The notes: generated by a model not told the origin, from the letters alone. A DNA stretch of 64,000 nt from a virus (IMGVR_UViG_3300033066_001054), one strand, 5' to 3'; counted from the first letter of the stretch, positions 37,493-47,274 are shown. Made by a program: numbers and translations.

Positions 37493-37807
37493 ATGGCATT
37501 CACATTCATGGAATCCGGACCAGGTACAATCCGAGGTGATAAAATCACCCTGACGCGCTTTTGCGGGCCAGCTTCGGACAAGTTCCTGCAACGCCTGAAG
37601 GGCAATCGACACTGTTTGCAAATCAGTTTTGACCCTGCTGGGGCACCGTTCGATGTACGGTTCAAATACTGTGACGTGCAACTGACAAGAGACGAGGCAA
37701 TCGTGCTTCGAGACAACCTGACGCGCTTTATCGACGGCGTTCAGGATGGAGAACACGTCAGTCGATTCGACACCGCAAGAGAGCGCAAAAACAAACTCAT
37801 CCTATGA
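37493..37807 (+). CDS. hypothetical protein
   Basis: ATG 37 nt after motif. Confidence 0.7.
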   Translation: MAFTFMESGPGTIRGDKITLTRFCGPASDKFLQRLKGNRHCLQISFDPAGAPFDVRFKYCDVQLTRDEAIVLRDNLTRFIDGVQDGEHVSRFDTARERKNKLIL

Positions 37808-38412
37808 AACGAACACCACTAGACGAAGCAATCGGAGTACCCGCCGGCGCAGCCCAGGTATTCCTCGACGTTGTTGGCGGCGCAAGCCTAGACAAAGCCA
37901 TCAAGAACCAAGAGAAGCAAGGCCAAGCAGACTCGTGCAGGGCACAAGCATTGCCAATCAATGGTACGACGAACAACCGAGAGGTCTGGGAGAAGCTGGG
38001 CTTTGTCTTTGGTGACAATGCCGATGACCTGTTCGTAAACGTTACCATGCCACCGGGCTGGGAACTGCGGCCTACCGAACACTCGATGTGGTCCGACCTA
38101 CGCGATGAGCAAGGCCGCATTCGAGCCAAAATGTTCTACAAGGCCGCGTTCTACGACCGAGATGCGAGTATCTCACTGTGTCGAAGGTTCAATATTGACC
38201 AGTATGACAACAAGGAAGGCGAACCTGACAGTCTGATTCGCGTGTCGGTGTATGATAGCAGTGCGATGCGCAAAGAGCCAGTCCACGTCATCGAGACAGA
38301 ATGCGACGAACCCAAAGAACGCTATGACGCTCGCGCAGAACTCGCCAAAGAAGCCAAGGAATGGCTGAACGAGACCTATCCAGACTGGCAAGACCCGCTT
38401 GCCTACTGGTAA
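37804..38412 (+). CDS. conserved phage hypothetical protein
   Basis: PPGW..TEHSMWS.L.DEQGR.RA.MFYKAAFYDRDA...YPDWQDPLAYW. Confidence 0.8.
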   Translation: MKRTPLDEAIGVPAGAAQVFLDVVGGASLDKAIKNQEKQGQADSCRAQALPINGTTNNREVWEKLGFVFGDNADDLFVNVTMPPGWELRPTEHSMWSDLRDEQGRIRAKMFYKAAFYDRDASISLCRRFNIDQYDNKEGEPDSLIRVSVYDSSAMRKEPVHVIETECDEPKERYDARAELAKEAKEWLNETYPDWQDPLAYW

Positions 38413-38455
38413 GCCACCGGCCCCGGAACCGAAGTTCCGGGGCTCAACTATCATC

Positions 38456-38743
38456 ATGAGCAATCAAGGCACACTTATCAAATCAGGCAGCGGAGTTCCT
38501 TTCATCTTCATTGATGACAAATCACCCGAATGGGAGAAGGCATGGAGCAATCTCTACAAGCAGTACGAGAATCATGTCTCTGGGTACGAAGTCTGGCAGT
38601 ACATGGGGACGTGGCTGACTGAAGGCACGACCTGGGTTCACCAGTTCCGGCACAGGGACTATCATGGCAAGCGGACGTATGTCGATATCACTCCGACAGA
38701 CGAGTTCCTGGTCAGCATCCCTGAGATTCTCGCCGCAAGCTGA
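38456..38743 (+). CDS. hypothetical protein
   Basis: ATG 38 nt after motif; WQYMGT...HQFRHR. Confidence 0.75.
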   Translation: MSNQGTLIKSGSGVPFIFIDDKSPEWEKAWSNLYKQYENHVSGYEVWQYMGTWLTEGTTWVHQFRHRDYHGKRTYVDITPTDEFLVSIPEILAAS

Positions 38744-38786
38744 ATCACCGGCCCCGGAGTCGAACTCCGGGGCGCAACTTCAAACC

Positions 38787-39044
38787 ATGAGAAAACGCGA
38801 CCTTCTTAAAATCCTACTCCAAGGTGTCGTAATCGAGTTCTGTAACACTGGATTCGAGCGGAGAGGCAACAAGGCCTGGGACCTTGGGTACTACCAGCTA
38901 CGCTACCCAAGCGGCGCCACCGCCTCACTTGGTATGACACAAGGCCACAACATCACAAGCCAGTGGTGTTACTATGATGCACAAAACAAGTGCTATCGAC
39001 TCAACCAGCCAGCAAGATTGCTACTAACAGGAAGGAAATCATGA
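38787..39044 (+). CDS. hypothetical protein
   Basis: ATG 38 nt after motif. Confidence 0.65.
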   Translation: MRKRDLLKILLQGVVIEFCNTGFERRGNKAWDLGYYQLRYPSGATASLGMTQGHNITSQWCYYDAQNKCYRLNQPARLLLTGRKS

Positions 39045-39379
39045 CATTCAGAGTGTTTCAGTTTTGGTCAGGTCGCGAAGCGACTATTCGCGAAGTCACA
39101 TTGCCCGATTCGGTGGTCGAGGATAACAAGTCCAAGTACACCACCCACGGTTCTGAAGGCGTGCGCCTTGGGTTCCTCAATGCCATCTTCCACTATGGAC
39201 AAAACGAAGTCCAGAACCGCATGGCACCTAGCGTGTCGGTCGGTGACATCATCGAGCTCGTACAGGATGGAGAGTATGAGTTCTGGGTTGTGGCGAACGC
39301 GGGATTCGAGAACTACGGCCGAGAGAAGCATTTTCTCTTCACACAATCGCGGCCCGGGAACGAGACAATCGGGGTTTGA
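39041..39379 (+). CDS. hypothetical protein (YodL-like SVSVGDII motif)
   Basis: ATGA overlap; PSVSVGDIIEL...VANAGF. Confidence 0.65.
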   Translation: MTFRVFQFWSGREATIREVTLPDSVVEDNKSKYTTHGSEGVRLGFLNAIFHYGQNEVQNRMAPSVSVGDIIELVQDGEYEFWVVANAGFENYGREKHFLFTQSRPGNETIGV

Positions 39380-39386
39380 AATGAGC

Positions 39387-39731
39387 ATGAGACAAGCAAT
39401 CGTTTGGCCGCTCACGACCGACCAGGCAACATTCGAGCCATACTACGTGTTTGGCGAGGCAAGCAGGTTCCCCGAGATTCTTCGAAGGGAACTGCAAGGT
39501 CATATCTCGGATGTCCTGGCCAATCTCATATTCGAGAACCAAGACACGCTCACACAAGCGCGAAGGTTTATCTCGTATATGCCGAACAACAGGAGCGAAG
39601 ACGACACTAAGTACGTCGTGGATACCTTTGTCGAACTCTCTGACGCGATGGCTGAAGAGATTGGCGACAACGAACAGCTCGCCCAATGGCGAGTTCGACT
39701 GTTTAGCGACGCCGGAGTGGTCGCCGGCTGA
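39387..39731 (+). CDS. hypothetical protein
   Basis: ATG 37 nt after variant motif at 39350. Confidence 0.65.
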   Translation: MRQAIVWPLTTDQATFEPYYVFGEASRFPEILRRELQGHISDVLANLIFENQDTLTQARRFISYMPNNRSEDDTKYVVDTFVELSDAMAEEIGDNEQLAQWRVRLFSDAGVVAG

Positions 39732-39775
39732 GCCGACCCGGCCCCAGATTCCTCCCTGGGGCCTACATTTTCATC

Positions 39776-40102
39776 ATGACAATCAGAGAAGCATTCTCAC
39801 TGGTCCAGGGTTGCGAAATCGACCCAGAAGTCATCCTCACCGTGCAGACAATACCATGGCACGACGGCGTAGGCCTGCATAGTGGCTGGAGTTATATCTG
39901 GGCCGCTGTAAAAGGCAATAGCACCTCGGTATTCAAAGTCGAGCAAGGCGGATGGGTCGGCGCTGGTATTCACTTCCGCCTTCCAAGCCCGCTGCTTGAT
40001 ATCTCTAGTGCCGACGCTTTTGCGAATCTCGGCGTACTTCCTGAACCGGTCCGGAGCGCGGTGCTGATTGCACGCGGCCCCGGAATCGAGATAACCCACT
40101 AA
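39776..40102 (+). CDS. hypothetical protein
   Basis: ATG 37 nt after variant motif at 39739. Confidence 0.65.
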   Translation: MTIREAFSLVQGCEIDPEVILTVQTIPWHDGVGLHSGWSYIWAAVKGNSTSVFKVEQGGWVGAGIHFRLPSPLLDISSADAFANLGVLPEPVRSAVLIARGPGIEITH

Positions 40103-40111
40103 ACAAACATC

Positions 40112-40369
40112 ATGGCAAACCCATACGGCAAAACCCGAAAGCAGGACGACCCTTACGCTATCTATCGAGATGGCACTTGGGAGTATCGCATCCTGAAGTT
40201 GAATCAAGCACCGGCGAACGCCGCAAAGAACCAGTACGCTTCTGCGTTCTGCGCTGTCAGTTCTCCGATGACCCACGGCTCGTTCGACCTTGGCGACACC
40301 TACCTGAATGACATCAGCGGTGTGCTCGTTCAGGGTCCAGACATCCTCAAGGAGTGTGGCAGGCGATAG
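40112..40369 (+). CDS. conserved phage hypothetical protein
   Basis: NPYGKTR..DPYAIY...WEYRILK...CAVSSPMTHGSFDLGDTY. Confidence 0.8.
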   Translation: MANPYGKTRKQDDPYAIYRDGTWEYRILKLNQAPANAAKNQYASAFCAVSSPMTHGSFDLGDTYLNDISGVLVQGPDILKECGRR

Positions 40370-40587
40370 AATACGTACTACTGCTGACCGTAATCGCCCT
40401 GGTACTCTGGTACCTCATCATTCCCAAAAAGGAATGCTTCACGGTAATCCTGAAGAGCGGTGTGTCCTACGAAGGACATATCCGCTATCAGGGTAAGAGA
40501 GACCAAGCGGCACTGGAAGCCGAGATTATCGCCAGGGTTGGCGAAGAGATGCCGGGCGAACAGATTGCCCGTATCTATCTTGGATGA
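40354..40587 (+). CDS. small membrane-anchored protein
   Basis: N-terminal hydrophobic helix. Confidence 0.6.
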   Translation: MWQAIEYVLLLTVIALVLWYLIIPKKECFTVILKSGVSYEGHIRYQGKRDQAALEAEIIARVGEEMPGEQIARIYLG

Positions 40588-40625
40588 CCGGCCCCGGAGC
40601 TTCTGCTCCGGGGCTTTTTTCATTT

Positions 40626-40790
40626 ATGCCAAACACAAAAGAACGGCTGGAAGAGTTGCGACAAGCGATTCGAGCAGAGAACATCAGCTATGGTGAAATC
40701 TGCGAACTGCAATCCCTTGCGGGCTCCATCGAACCTGGTGATGTCGAACTCCTGCAATGGGCTGGAGTGCCAGAGAATCAGGTACAATAA
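40626..40790 (+). CDS. hypothetical protein
   Basis: ATG 37 nt after motif. Confidence 0.7.
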   Translation: MPNTKERLEELRQAIRAENISYGEICELQSLAGSIEPGDVELLQWAGVPENQVQ

Positions 40791-40796
40791 CCTAGC

Positions 40797-40976
40797 ATGT
40801 ACGTCATAGCACAAGCCAACAACGAGTACGTTCTGGATGCCACTGGTAAAATCCAGCGCTTCAAGAACCCCAAGTCTGCCAGAGACTTCTTGCGAGACCA
40901 TGGAATCCGCAAGCCTGATAAGGAAGGAATCCGAATCATTCCGCAATCCGATGCGGCCCCGGAACCAGCGAAGTAA
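40797..40976 (+). CDS. hypothetical protein (59 aa)
   Basis: fills the gap; not in ORF track. Confidence 0.55.
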   Translation: MYVIAQANNEYVLDATGKIQRFKNPKSARDFLRDHGIRKPDKEGIRIIPQSDAAPEPAK

Positions 40977-40990
40977 TCGAGACAACCATC

Positions 40991-41335
40991 ATGTTCCAAG
41001 TTACCGACGAACAAGCATCACACATTCGGAGCAAGTACTCCCACATCCTCAACAAGAAAGGCGAAGCCTATCAGGCTAGTGCCATTCGCGCAATCGCCGC
41101 TGCTGAATCGCTGTCGAACTCGGTCAACGAGATGGGATTCGACTACGAGACGTTTGCACAGGTGCTTGGTAGCGACCACCGCACACTGCAACAGAACACC
41201 ATGAGGGCGTTCGTAGCGTTCTGCAACGAACTTGCCAAGTGGAACGACCTAGAGCATTACGACGAGCGCAATAAGGCAAGTTGCAAGTTGGCTGCCGAGG
41301 TCGTCAAGTTACCAGTATACCTGCCTCACATTTGA
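40991..41335 (+). CDS. hypothetical protein
   Basis: ATG 37 nt after motif; HRTLQQ..MR...DERN. Confidence 0.75.
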   Translation: MFQVTDEQASHIRSKYSHILNKKGEAYQASAIRAIAAAESLSNSVNEMGFDYETFAQVLGSDHRTLQQNTMRAFVAFCNELAKWNDLEHYDERNKASCKLAAEVVKLPVYLPHI

Positions 41336-41377
41336 GGCGTCGGCCCCGGAGCTACGGCTCCGGGGCTTTTTTCATTC

Positions 41378-41542
41378 ATGCTAACGAACTACACCGTGAT
41401 GTTCCGCGAATCAGGATGCTACACTGCATGGGTTCGCATTGACGACACTGACATGGAATCAGCATTGCAGAGTGCCAAAGACCGATTCGGCTATGCCAAC
41501 AATGGTCAGACATCGTTCTGTATTTGGCGCACGAATCCGTAG
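41378..41542 (+). CDS. hypothetical protein (54 aa)
   Basis: ATG 37 nt after motif; stop abuts next motif. Confidence 0.65.
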   Translation: MLTNYTVMFRESGCYTAWVRIDDTDMESALQSAKDRFGYANNGQTSFCIWRTNP

Positions 41543-41580
41543 CCGGTCCCGGAATCAAGAAACACAGGAGGACTTAAATC

Positions 41581-41877
41581 ATGCCAACCATCTATGCCAT
41601 CGCACTTGGAAGTCGAGACGGAGACACCAGTACCGAACTCAAAATGGCGAACGGCGCGAAAGACGCGCTCGAAGCCGTTAAGGAACTGGCATCGAAGCAC
41701 ATTGCCTATGTACTGGCAGGCGAAGAGGACGCTCAACAGTTTGTTGATGCTATCAACGCTTCAAATGCAATCGACCAGGCATTGTCAAGATTCGATGACG
41801 CCATGCAAGAAGCACACGACCGTGAAGTCGAAAACGCCTACTCTGCCGAACTCGTCATTGAGGCGTTAGAGGCGTAG
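41581..41877 (+). CDS. hypothetical protein
   Basis: ATG 37 nt after motif. Confidence 0.7.
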   Translation: MPTIYAIALGSRDGDTSTELKMANGAKDALEAVKELASKHIAYVLAGEEDAQQFVDAINASNAIDQALSRFDDAMQEAHDREVENAYSAELVIEALEA

Positions 41878-41915
41878 CGGTCCCGGAATCAAGTCAAGGG
41901 GAGAATCATTCAATC

Positions 41916-42329
41916 ATGGGAATCACAACGCAAGAAATCACCGAGTTCGCCGGAAGCGTCAACTGGGACAGGATGCACGAAGCACTCGTAGCACGAGCGA
42001 ACAGTGGCGACCCACGGTCAATGCTGGCGTTATCCAAGAATGACGCCGAAGCACAGGTGGCAATCGAAGCATGGCTTGGTTCTCCTCTGACTCCGGTCAA
42101 TATGGGCGCAATGATGAGCACGGCACGACAAGCCATGTCGCTCAATCACATGCACGTCTATGCCGAGAAGGACTTCCGCACCAGCGAACCGACAGGTAAC
42201 ATCCGAGTCTACGGATACCTGAAGAACCTCAAGCGTCGCGGAGAACTCATACCATCGTTCGAGTTGTCACTCGACAAGGAATCGGCAAGGGTACTTGCCG
42301 AAGCGTTGCTCGCCCAGTTGGGCGAGTAG
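41916..42329 (+). CDS. hypothetical protein
   Basis: ATG 38 nt after motif. Confidence 0.7.
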   Translation: MGITTQEITEFAGSVNWDRMHEALVARANSGDPRSMLALSKNDAEAQVAIEAWLGSPLTPVNMGAMMSTARQAMSLNHMHVYAEKDFRTSEPTGNIRVYGYLKNLKRRGELIPSFELSLDKESARVLAEALLAQLGE

Positions 42330-42369
42330 CGCGGTCCCGGAATCACTCAAAACATCGAAACAAAGAATC

Positions 42370-42963
42370 ATGGAAGCAAACACGCTACCCAAAAACATCG
42401 CCGCTACCGTGGCGAATCTCACCAAGAAGCCGTGGACTACGCTTGCACAAGCAGACGCCGCCGCTGACTTCATTCGGGAACTTCGACTGGAAGCTAACGC
42501 ACTCGGTGCCCTCACCGACGAAGAGCTTGCCATGAAGCGACAGATTGACGCCAAGCTGGCTGCCGAAGCGAATGCTCGCAAGGACGCGAATGCGGTTGAA
42601 GCGGAGCTGAAGCCCTACTTCCTCACCTTCACCAAGGACGAAACGGAACGAGTCAACTCCACCCTACCCGTGAGCAAGCATCGCAAGTTCATCGAAGGCA
42701 AGGGTTGGAAGGTGCAACTCAAGGACAAGCCTGGACAGGTCGTCGTGACCAACTCCAATGAGGCTATTAAGTGGCTTGAAACCAACGAACCGACCGCCGT
42801 GAAGGTTGTCAAGACGGTGGATATGTCCGAAGTCGGACGTGAGTCGGTTGTCACCAAGCTGAAGAAGCTGGGTGCAAAACTGGCAAAAATCGGATTCATG
42901 GTGGTGGACACCGTACCCGATGGAAACTCCAGCCTGAAGATTCAGGACTTGGACATCCAGTAA
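42370..42963 (+). CDS. possible Mu Gam-like DNA-end-binding protein
   Basis: N-terminal coiled coil then RKFIE..WKVQLKDKP..VV...AIKWL...VKVVKTVD, loosely Gam-like. Confidence 0.5.
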   Translation: MEANTLPKNIAATVANLTKKPWTTLAQADAAADFIRELRLEANALGALTDEELAMKRQIDAKLAAEANARKDANAVEAELKPYFLTFTKDETERVNSTLPVSKHRKFIEGKGWKVQLKDKPGQVVVTNSNEAIKWLETNEPTAVKVVKTVDMSEVGRESVVTKLKKLGAKLAKIGFMVVDTVPDGNSSLKIQDLDIQ

Positions 42964-43003
42964 GCCGGTCCCGGAACCCCGGAAACGGGGTTCCATTTCA
43001 ATC

Positions 43004-43213
43004 ATGAGCGAAGCAAAAACGCGAAGAATCCGAGTCTATGAAATCGAACACGACGGCGACCTAGATAACGCCGTGTACGAAATCGGCAAGTGCGGGGCGT
43101 CACAAGTTGAAGTGGTGTCCAGCAACTTCGACTCTGAAGACGCTGTAATCAGTTTTGTCGCCACCGACGAGGTGTACGACAAGGTCAAGAACGAGGCAGA
43201 CATCTGTCTGTAA
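43004..43213 (+). CDS. hypothetical protein
   Basis: ATG 38 nt after motif. Confidence 0.7.
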   Translation: MSEAKTRRIRVYEIEHDGDLDNAVYEIGKCGASQVEVVSSNFDSEDAVISFVATDEVYDKVKNEADICL

Positions 43214-43221
43214 CACAACAC

Positions 43222-43389
43222 ATGGGAATCACGTTTATCGTACTCTGTATCCTCTGCTTAGCAGTGGCACTTTTTATCGCAGTGGGCAACCGCACCAGCG
43301 AGCAAGCGGCGACGAACGCCGAACTCGCCAAGGTCTGGGTTTACATCGCTGCGGTCATTCTCGCACTCGGCCACTTCTGGCCTAGCTGA
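43222..43389 (+). CDS. small two-helix membrane protein
   Basis: 55-aa ORF with two hydrophobic stretches; not in ORF track. Confidence 0.55.
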   Translation: MGITFIVLCILCLAVALFIAVGNRTSEQAATNAELAKVWVYIAAVILALGHFWPS

Positions 43390-43430
43390 CTGCGGCCCAG
43401 GAATCGGCCGTGTATCCGACTACCGACCAT

Positions 43431-43643
43431 ATGAGCCAGTTCAAACAAGGCGACAAGGCACTCTTCGGCCCGCTGAAGGTGCCTTGCACTGTGCAACGCG
43501 TAGATACCTCTGGTATTGAACTCGAGGGTCTAACACACCGAATCACTGTGCTGTTTGACGAAAGTCAACGCACTGCTGCAAAATGGGAGTGGGAACTGAC
43601 CCCGGCCCCGGAATCCAACATCGAACAGGAGCAAACATCGTGA
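43431..43643 (+). CDS. hypothetical protein
   Basis: ATG 38 nt after variant motif at 43393. Confidence 0.65.
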   Translation: MSQFKQGDKALFGPLKVPCTVQRVDTSGIELEGLTHRITVLFDESQRTAAKWEWELTPAPESNIEQEQTS

Positions 43644-44083
43644 GCAAACACAAATTCACCACCGAAAACCTTACGCCCACCCAGTGGGATACCACTGATG
43701 TCAAGGCTAAGTTCCTGAATGACTTGGCGAACTTCATGCGGTCTGGGTTCAAGCGCACCAAGTTCAGCAAGGCACTCTACAAGCGGTTGAGCATGACGTT
43801 TAGCCACATTGCCCACTACAACATCGAGGGGTTCTATGGCGAGTGGTTCGAGACGCCTGCCAAGCAACTGGCATGGGTGCAGAATGCCCTCCAGTATCCC
43901 TGTTTCGGTTCACCGGCGTACACTTATTGTGACGCCGAACGGCAGTTCAAGCAATGGTTGCAGTCCGACGAGGGTCAAGACCTTATCGCCGGAATCAAGC
44001 AACGGGCAAGGGACGCCGATATTGAGTTTGCACGTGCCATGAAGGAACGTGCTGAAGCGACGCTGGCATCATACGGCGTCTAA
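43640..44083 (+). CDS. conserved phage hypothetical protein
   Basis: GTG 37 nt after motif; FSKALYKRLS.TFSHIAHYN..GFY. Confidence 0.75.
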   Translation: MSKHKFTTENLTPTQWDTTDVKAKFLNDLANFMRSGFKRTKFSKALYKRLSMTFSHIAHYNIEGFYGEWFETPAKQLAWVQNALQYPCFGSPAYTYCDAERQFKQWLQSDEGQDLIAGIKQRARDADIEFARAMKERAEATLASYGV

Positions 44084-44124
44084 CCACCGGCCCCGGAGCT
44101 ACGGCTCCGGGGCTTTTTTGCTTC

Positions 44125-44415
44125 ATGACACACGGTTTCGATTGGACACACACACCGCACAAGGAAGACCTCGAGCGCGATAGCCAAACACCGGAAAGGT
44201 TCAGATTCTGGAAGAAGTTCCAGTACATCAGGACCGCAAAGAGATTCGGTGAAGTCGTACACGTCGAGACAACCACGGTGTACACTCGCACCGAGCACAT
44301 CTTCAATGAGATTATCAGGCACTGGAACGCGCTTGGTAACTCAGACCGACCACTAAATCCGGGCTTAACGTGGCATTATGCCGCGGTCCCGGAACCGACC
44401 GAAGGTTCAAACTAA
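44125..44415 (+). CDS. hypothetical protein
   Basis: ATG 37 nt after motif. Confidence 0.65.
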   Translation: MTHGFDWTHTPHKEDLERDSQTPERFRFWKKFQYIRTAKRFGEVVHVETTTVYTRTEHIFNEIIRHWNALGNSDRPLNPGLTWHYAAVPEPTEGSN

Positions 44416-44421
44416 AACATC

Positions 44422-44838
44422 ATGGGAAGCATCAAACTTTCACCAAAACACGGCGTAAACCCAAGCATCCCCACCTGCTTTTGGTGCGGAGAAGCCATGA
44501 ACATGCTTGTGCTGTTTGGCAGGTTGCCGAACGACAGGGAAGCGGGTATGCACTGCGGTGCTATCTCGTATGAACCATGCGACAAGTGCAAGGGACATTG
44601 GGCGCAGGGTATCACGCTTATTGAGGCTGGTATGTCTCCGCAGTCGGAGAATCAGCCGGAGATGCAGAAAGGCGTCTATCCTACGGGTCGATTCCTGGTA
44701 TTGAAACCCGATGCAGTAGAGCAAATCTTTCCACCAGATGCGGCCGCCGATGTGCTGAAGCATCGAATGTGCTTCATGGACTTCGAGACCTTCGACAAGT
44801 TCGTACCGGCCCCGGAACCAGAACCAGCGCCGGGATAA
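44422..44838 (+). CDS. zinc-binding phage protein
   Basis: LSPKHGVNP..CFWCG...YEPCDKC. Confidence 0.75.
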   Translation: MGSIKLSPKHGVNPSIPTCFWCGEAMNMLVLFGRLPNDREAGMHCGAISYEPCDKCKGHWAQGITLIEAGMSPQSENQPEMQKGVYPTGRFLVLKPDAVEQIFPPDAAADVLKHRMCFMDFETFDKFVPAPEPEPAPG

Positions 44839-44843
44839 TCAAC

Positions 44844-45032
44844 ATGCCTTACAAACGCAAAACCCGCGACGAGTTCGATATCGAGGGGAACTATGGTTAT
44901 GGTGACGGCTGGGAAGTCGTCACCTGCGAAGAGAACCGTAAGGATGCCAGTGCTGCCCTGAAGGAGCATCGCGAAAACGAACCTGGTGTACCGTTCAGAA
45001 TCAGGAAACACCGAGTACCAATCGAGGCATAA
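44844..45032 (+). CDS. hypothetical protein
   Basis: ATG 37 nt after motif. Confidence 0.7.
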   Translation: MPYKRKTRDEFDIEGNYGYGDGWEVVTCEENRKDASAALKEHRENEPGVPFRIRKHRVPIEA

Positions 45033-45033
45033 T

Positions 45034-45324
45034 ATGGCAAAAGCGAAACCTCAGTTCCACGCCGGTCCTGACTGGCAAACTGGTCAAAAGTACTTCAGCA
45101 TCGAAGATGCAATGAAGGGCGCAGAGACCAACGTACAATGGACTGTATGGCGCAACACGCCAGGAACCTGGGCAATCGTCTACAGTCAAGGCGACAAGCT
45201 CGAACTCACTGGTGGCGGATACGGTCGGGGTAAGCCACGAGGCACCCGCAACGAGTGGGATACAGCCTATGTGTACGAAGACCTTCGATGGGCTTCGGTT
45301 TCTGAACTCTGCAAAATGGTGTAA
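45034..45324 (+). CDS. hypothetical protein
   Basis: coupled to upstream stop. Confidence 0.65.
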   Translation: MAKAKPQFHAGPDWQTGQKYFSIEDAMKGAETNVQWTVWRNTPGTWAIVYSQGDKLELTGGGYGRGKPRGTRNEWDTAYVYEDLRWASVSELCKMV

Positions 45325-45364
45325 GGCGGCCCCGGAGCCGCCTTCGCCAACAAATCAAAACATC

Positions 45365-45688
45365 ATGGACAAGGCACTTTACACTTTGCACAAAGCTCGC
45401 CCCGGCGTTGGTGGCTTCCACTGCTCCTGCTGCAATCCTGCATTCGGTAACTTCAAGGGGCCGGATTCTCGCCGTCATCGCCAAGCAGCCAAGCGTGCCC
45501 TGCGACGCGTCGAGCGCCAACGCGCACGCAATGCTGGTGCAGAAGAGTTGCATCAGCAGTTCATCGAAGCCATCCATGAACACAACTATTGGATGATTGA
45601 TTTTGGTATGGAAGACCAGTGCATCGAGTACAATCGGCTTCAAGGTGTGATTCGCAAGCCGGCCCCGGAACTAAGCATGGCGTGGTGA
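45365..45688 (+). CDS. basic Cys-containing hypothetical protein
   Basis: ATG 38 nt after motif; GGFHCSCC. Confidence 0.65.
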   Translation: MDKALYTLHKARPGVGGFHCSCCNPAFGNFKGPDSRRHRQAAKRALRRVERQRARNAGAEELHQQFIEAIHEHNYWMIDFGMEDQCIEYNRLQGVIRKPAPELSMAW

Positions 45689-45696
45689 AATGAATC

Positions 45697-46005
45697 ATGC
45701 GAAGCGATTACATCGAATTCGACACTACTCCGGTTGATGAGCCTTGTGTGGGTATCAATGGCGATATGACCGAGGCAAAAGCCGAAGCCTATCGCATGAA
45801 GGAACTGCTGGAGAAGCGGTTTCCCGATGTTAATGGCTACTTCACAATCAAGAGCATGCCACACGACTTTGGTTCGTACTTGGAGATGCGGTTCTACTAC
45901 TACGACGACGAAGATGGCATCAAGGAGATGCAACACGTCGAAGCCAACTACCCTCAAACTTGGCAGGACACCGAACCCGTGTTGCTGTATCCTAAGAAGG
46001 ACTGA
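45697..46005 (+). CDS. conserved phage hypothetical protein
   Basis: TPVDEPC...PHDFGSYLE. Confidence 0.75.
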   Translation: MRSDYIEFDTTPVDEPCVGINGDMTEAKAEAYRMKELLEKRFPDVNGYFTIKSMPHDFGSYLEMRFYYYDDEDGIKEMQHVEANYPQTWQDTEPVLLYPKKD

Positions 46006-46047
46006 CCCACCGGCCCCGGAGCTACGGCTCCGGGGCTTTTTTACTTC

Positions 46048-46287
46048 ATGGCTATCATCCCTGAATCACTCAAGTTCACCCAAGAAGAACAAGCCAAACT
46101 CGAGGCCATCCGCGTGAAGGCCAGGGCACGACATGAGCGCGAACGCAAGGCTGCCCTGAAGCGCGGCTGCAAGGACTATCCACTGTTGCCATATGAATGC
46201 TCATGGGCATATGAAGAGCAGTTCAGGCGAGCCGTCAGGAATCCGGCCCCGGAACCAAGACGACGATTTGGTTTTCTATCATGCTGA
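46048..46287 (+). CDS. hypothetical protein
   Basis: ATG 37 nt after motif. Confidence 0.6.
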   Translation: MAIIPESLKFTQEEQAKLEAIRVKARARHERERKAALKRGCKDYPLLPYECSWAYEEQFRRAVRNPAPEPRRRFGFLSC

Positions 46288-46601
46288 AACTTCCAAGCAA
46301 CATCCCGCCACTCTATGCCACCGAAAAGGTGGATACTGACGACAAAGTGATGCACGCTCGTTTGTTTGCATTAAATAGCGCAGCAACCTGGCTTGTTGCT
46401 GAGTATGACCCCGAAGACAGGGTCATCTATGGCTATTGTGACCTATACGGTCAAGGTCGAGAAGGTGGTGCCGAATGGGGATGTGTCTCCATCGCAGAGC
46501 TGGAGTCGCTCAAGTTCATGGGCATTCCCCGTGTCGAGGTTGACGCGCACTTCACGCCGAAGCCGTTTAAGGAGTGCATCTCGCCTGACGGTCGCATCTA
46601 A
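46281..46601 (+). CDS. DUF2958-like protein
   Basis: PPLYATE...ATWLVAEYDP...YGYCDL...EWGCVSIAELE...VEVDAHFTP. Confidence 0.8.
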   Translation: MLKLPSNIPPLYATEKVDTDDKVMHARLFALNSAATWLVAEYDPEDRVIYGYCDLYGQGREGGAEWGCVSIAELESLKFMGIPRVEVDAHFTPKPFKECISPDGRI

Positions 46602-46646
46602 ACCGACCCGGTCCCGGAACCCCGGAAACGGGGTTCCCACCCATCA

Positions 46647-46706
46647 ATGGCGAACCACAAACGAAAGAAATGCAAGCGGTCGACACATGCCATTACGGGC
46701 AACTAA
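46647..46706 (+). CDS. putative 19-aa basic micropeptide
   Basis: ATG 38 nt after motif; stop 3 nt before next (variant) motif. Confidence 0.5.
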   Translation: MANHKRKKCKRSTHAITGN

Positions 46707-46747
46707 GCCCGGCCCCAGAACCTCAATTCAGGTATAACCACAACATC

Positions 46748-46906
46748 ATGAGCAAGAAGCGAAAACAAGCATCGCCCAAGCCATCGTACACTCCGGTGCC
46801 GTTCACACGGGCTCACTCAAAGCCACATAGGCTGGAGGAGAACTCCCGTGCCAGACGCAAGCGCGAAGAGCGCGATGCCAAGAACGGCAAGTGGGGGCAA
46901 GATTGA
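46748..46906 (+). CDS. small basic protein
   Basis: ATG 38 nt after variant motif at 46710. Confidence 0.6.
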   Translation: MSKKRKQASPKPSYTPVPFTRAHSKPHRLEENSRARRKREERDAKNGKWGQD

Positions 46907-47274
46907 TAACTGAGTTCAAGGGCGAACGCGGTAGCTTCTCAGTGTGTCACAAGGGAGAGGTCTGGACAGTCCAGGCTATGGTGTTTGGTGTTGAGCCGCC
47001 GGATGAATTCAACATCAAACACAAGGAACCAATTGACTGGCGATTGGATGAGAAAAATCACTCACCTACCGGTCTCGAATGGGGATATGGTGGTTCCGGA
47101 CCAAGTCAATTGGCGTGGTGTATCCTACGAGAATGTGGACTGACTCAACCACAAGCCGCTAAGCTGTATATGCAGTTCAAGGCAGATGTGATTGCTAACC
47201 TGCCACGTGATGGATTCACCTTAACTGTCCAACAGGTCATGGATTGGGTCAAGAAGAACGGCCCCGGAACCTAA
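46891..47274 (+). CDS. DUF6166-like protein
   Basis: NHSPTGLEWGYGGSGPSQLA...LYMQFK..VIA. Confidence 0.75.
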   Translation: MGARLITEFKGERGSFSVCHKGEVWTVQAMVFGVEPPDEFNIKHKEPIDWRLDEKNHSPTGLEWGYGGSGPSQLAWCILRECGLTQPQAAKLYMQFKADVIANLPRDGFTLTVQQVMDWVKKNGPGT

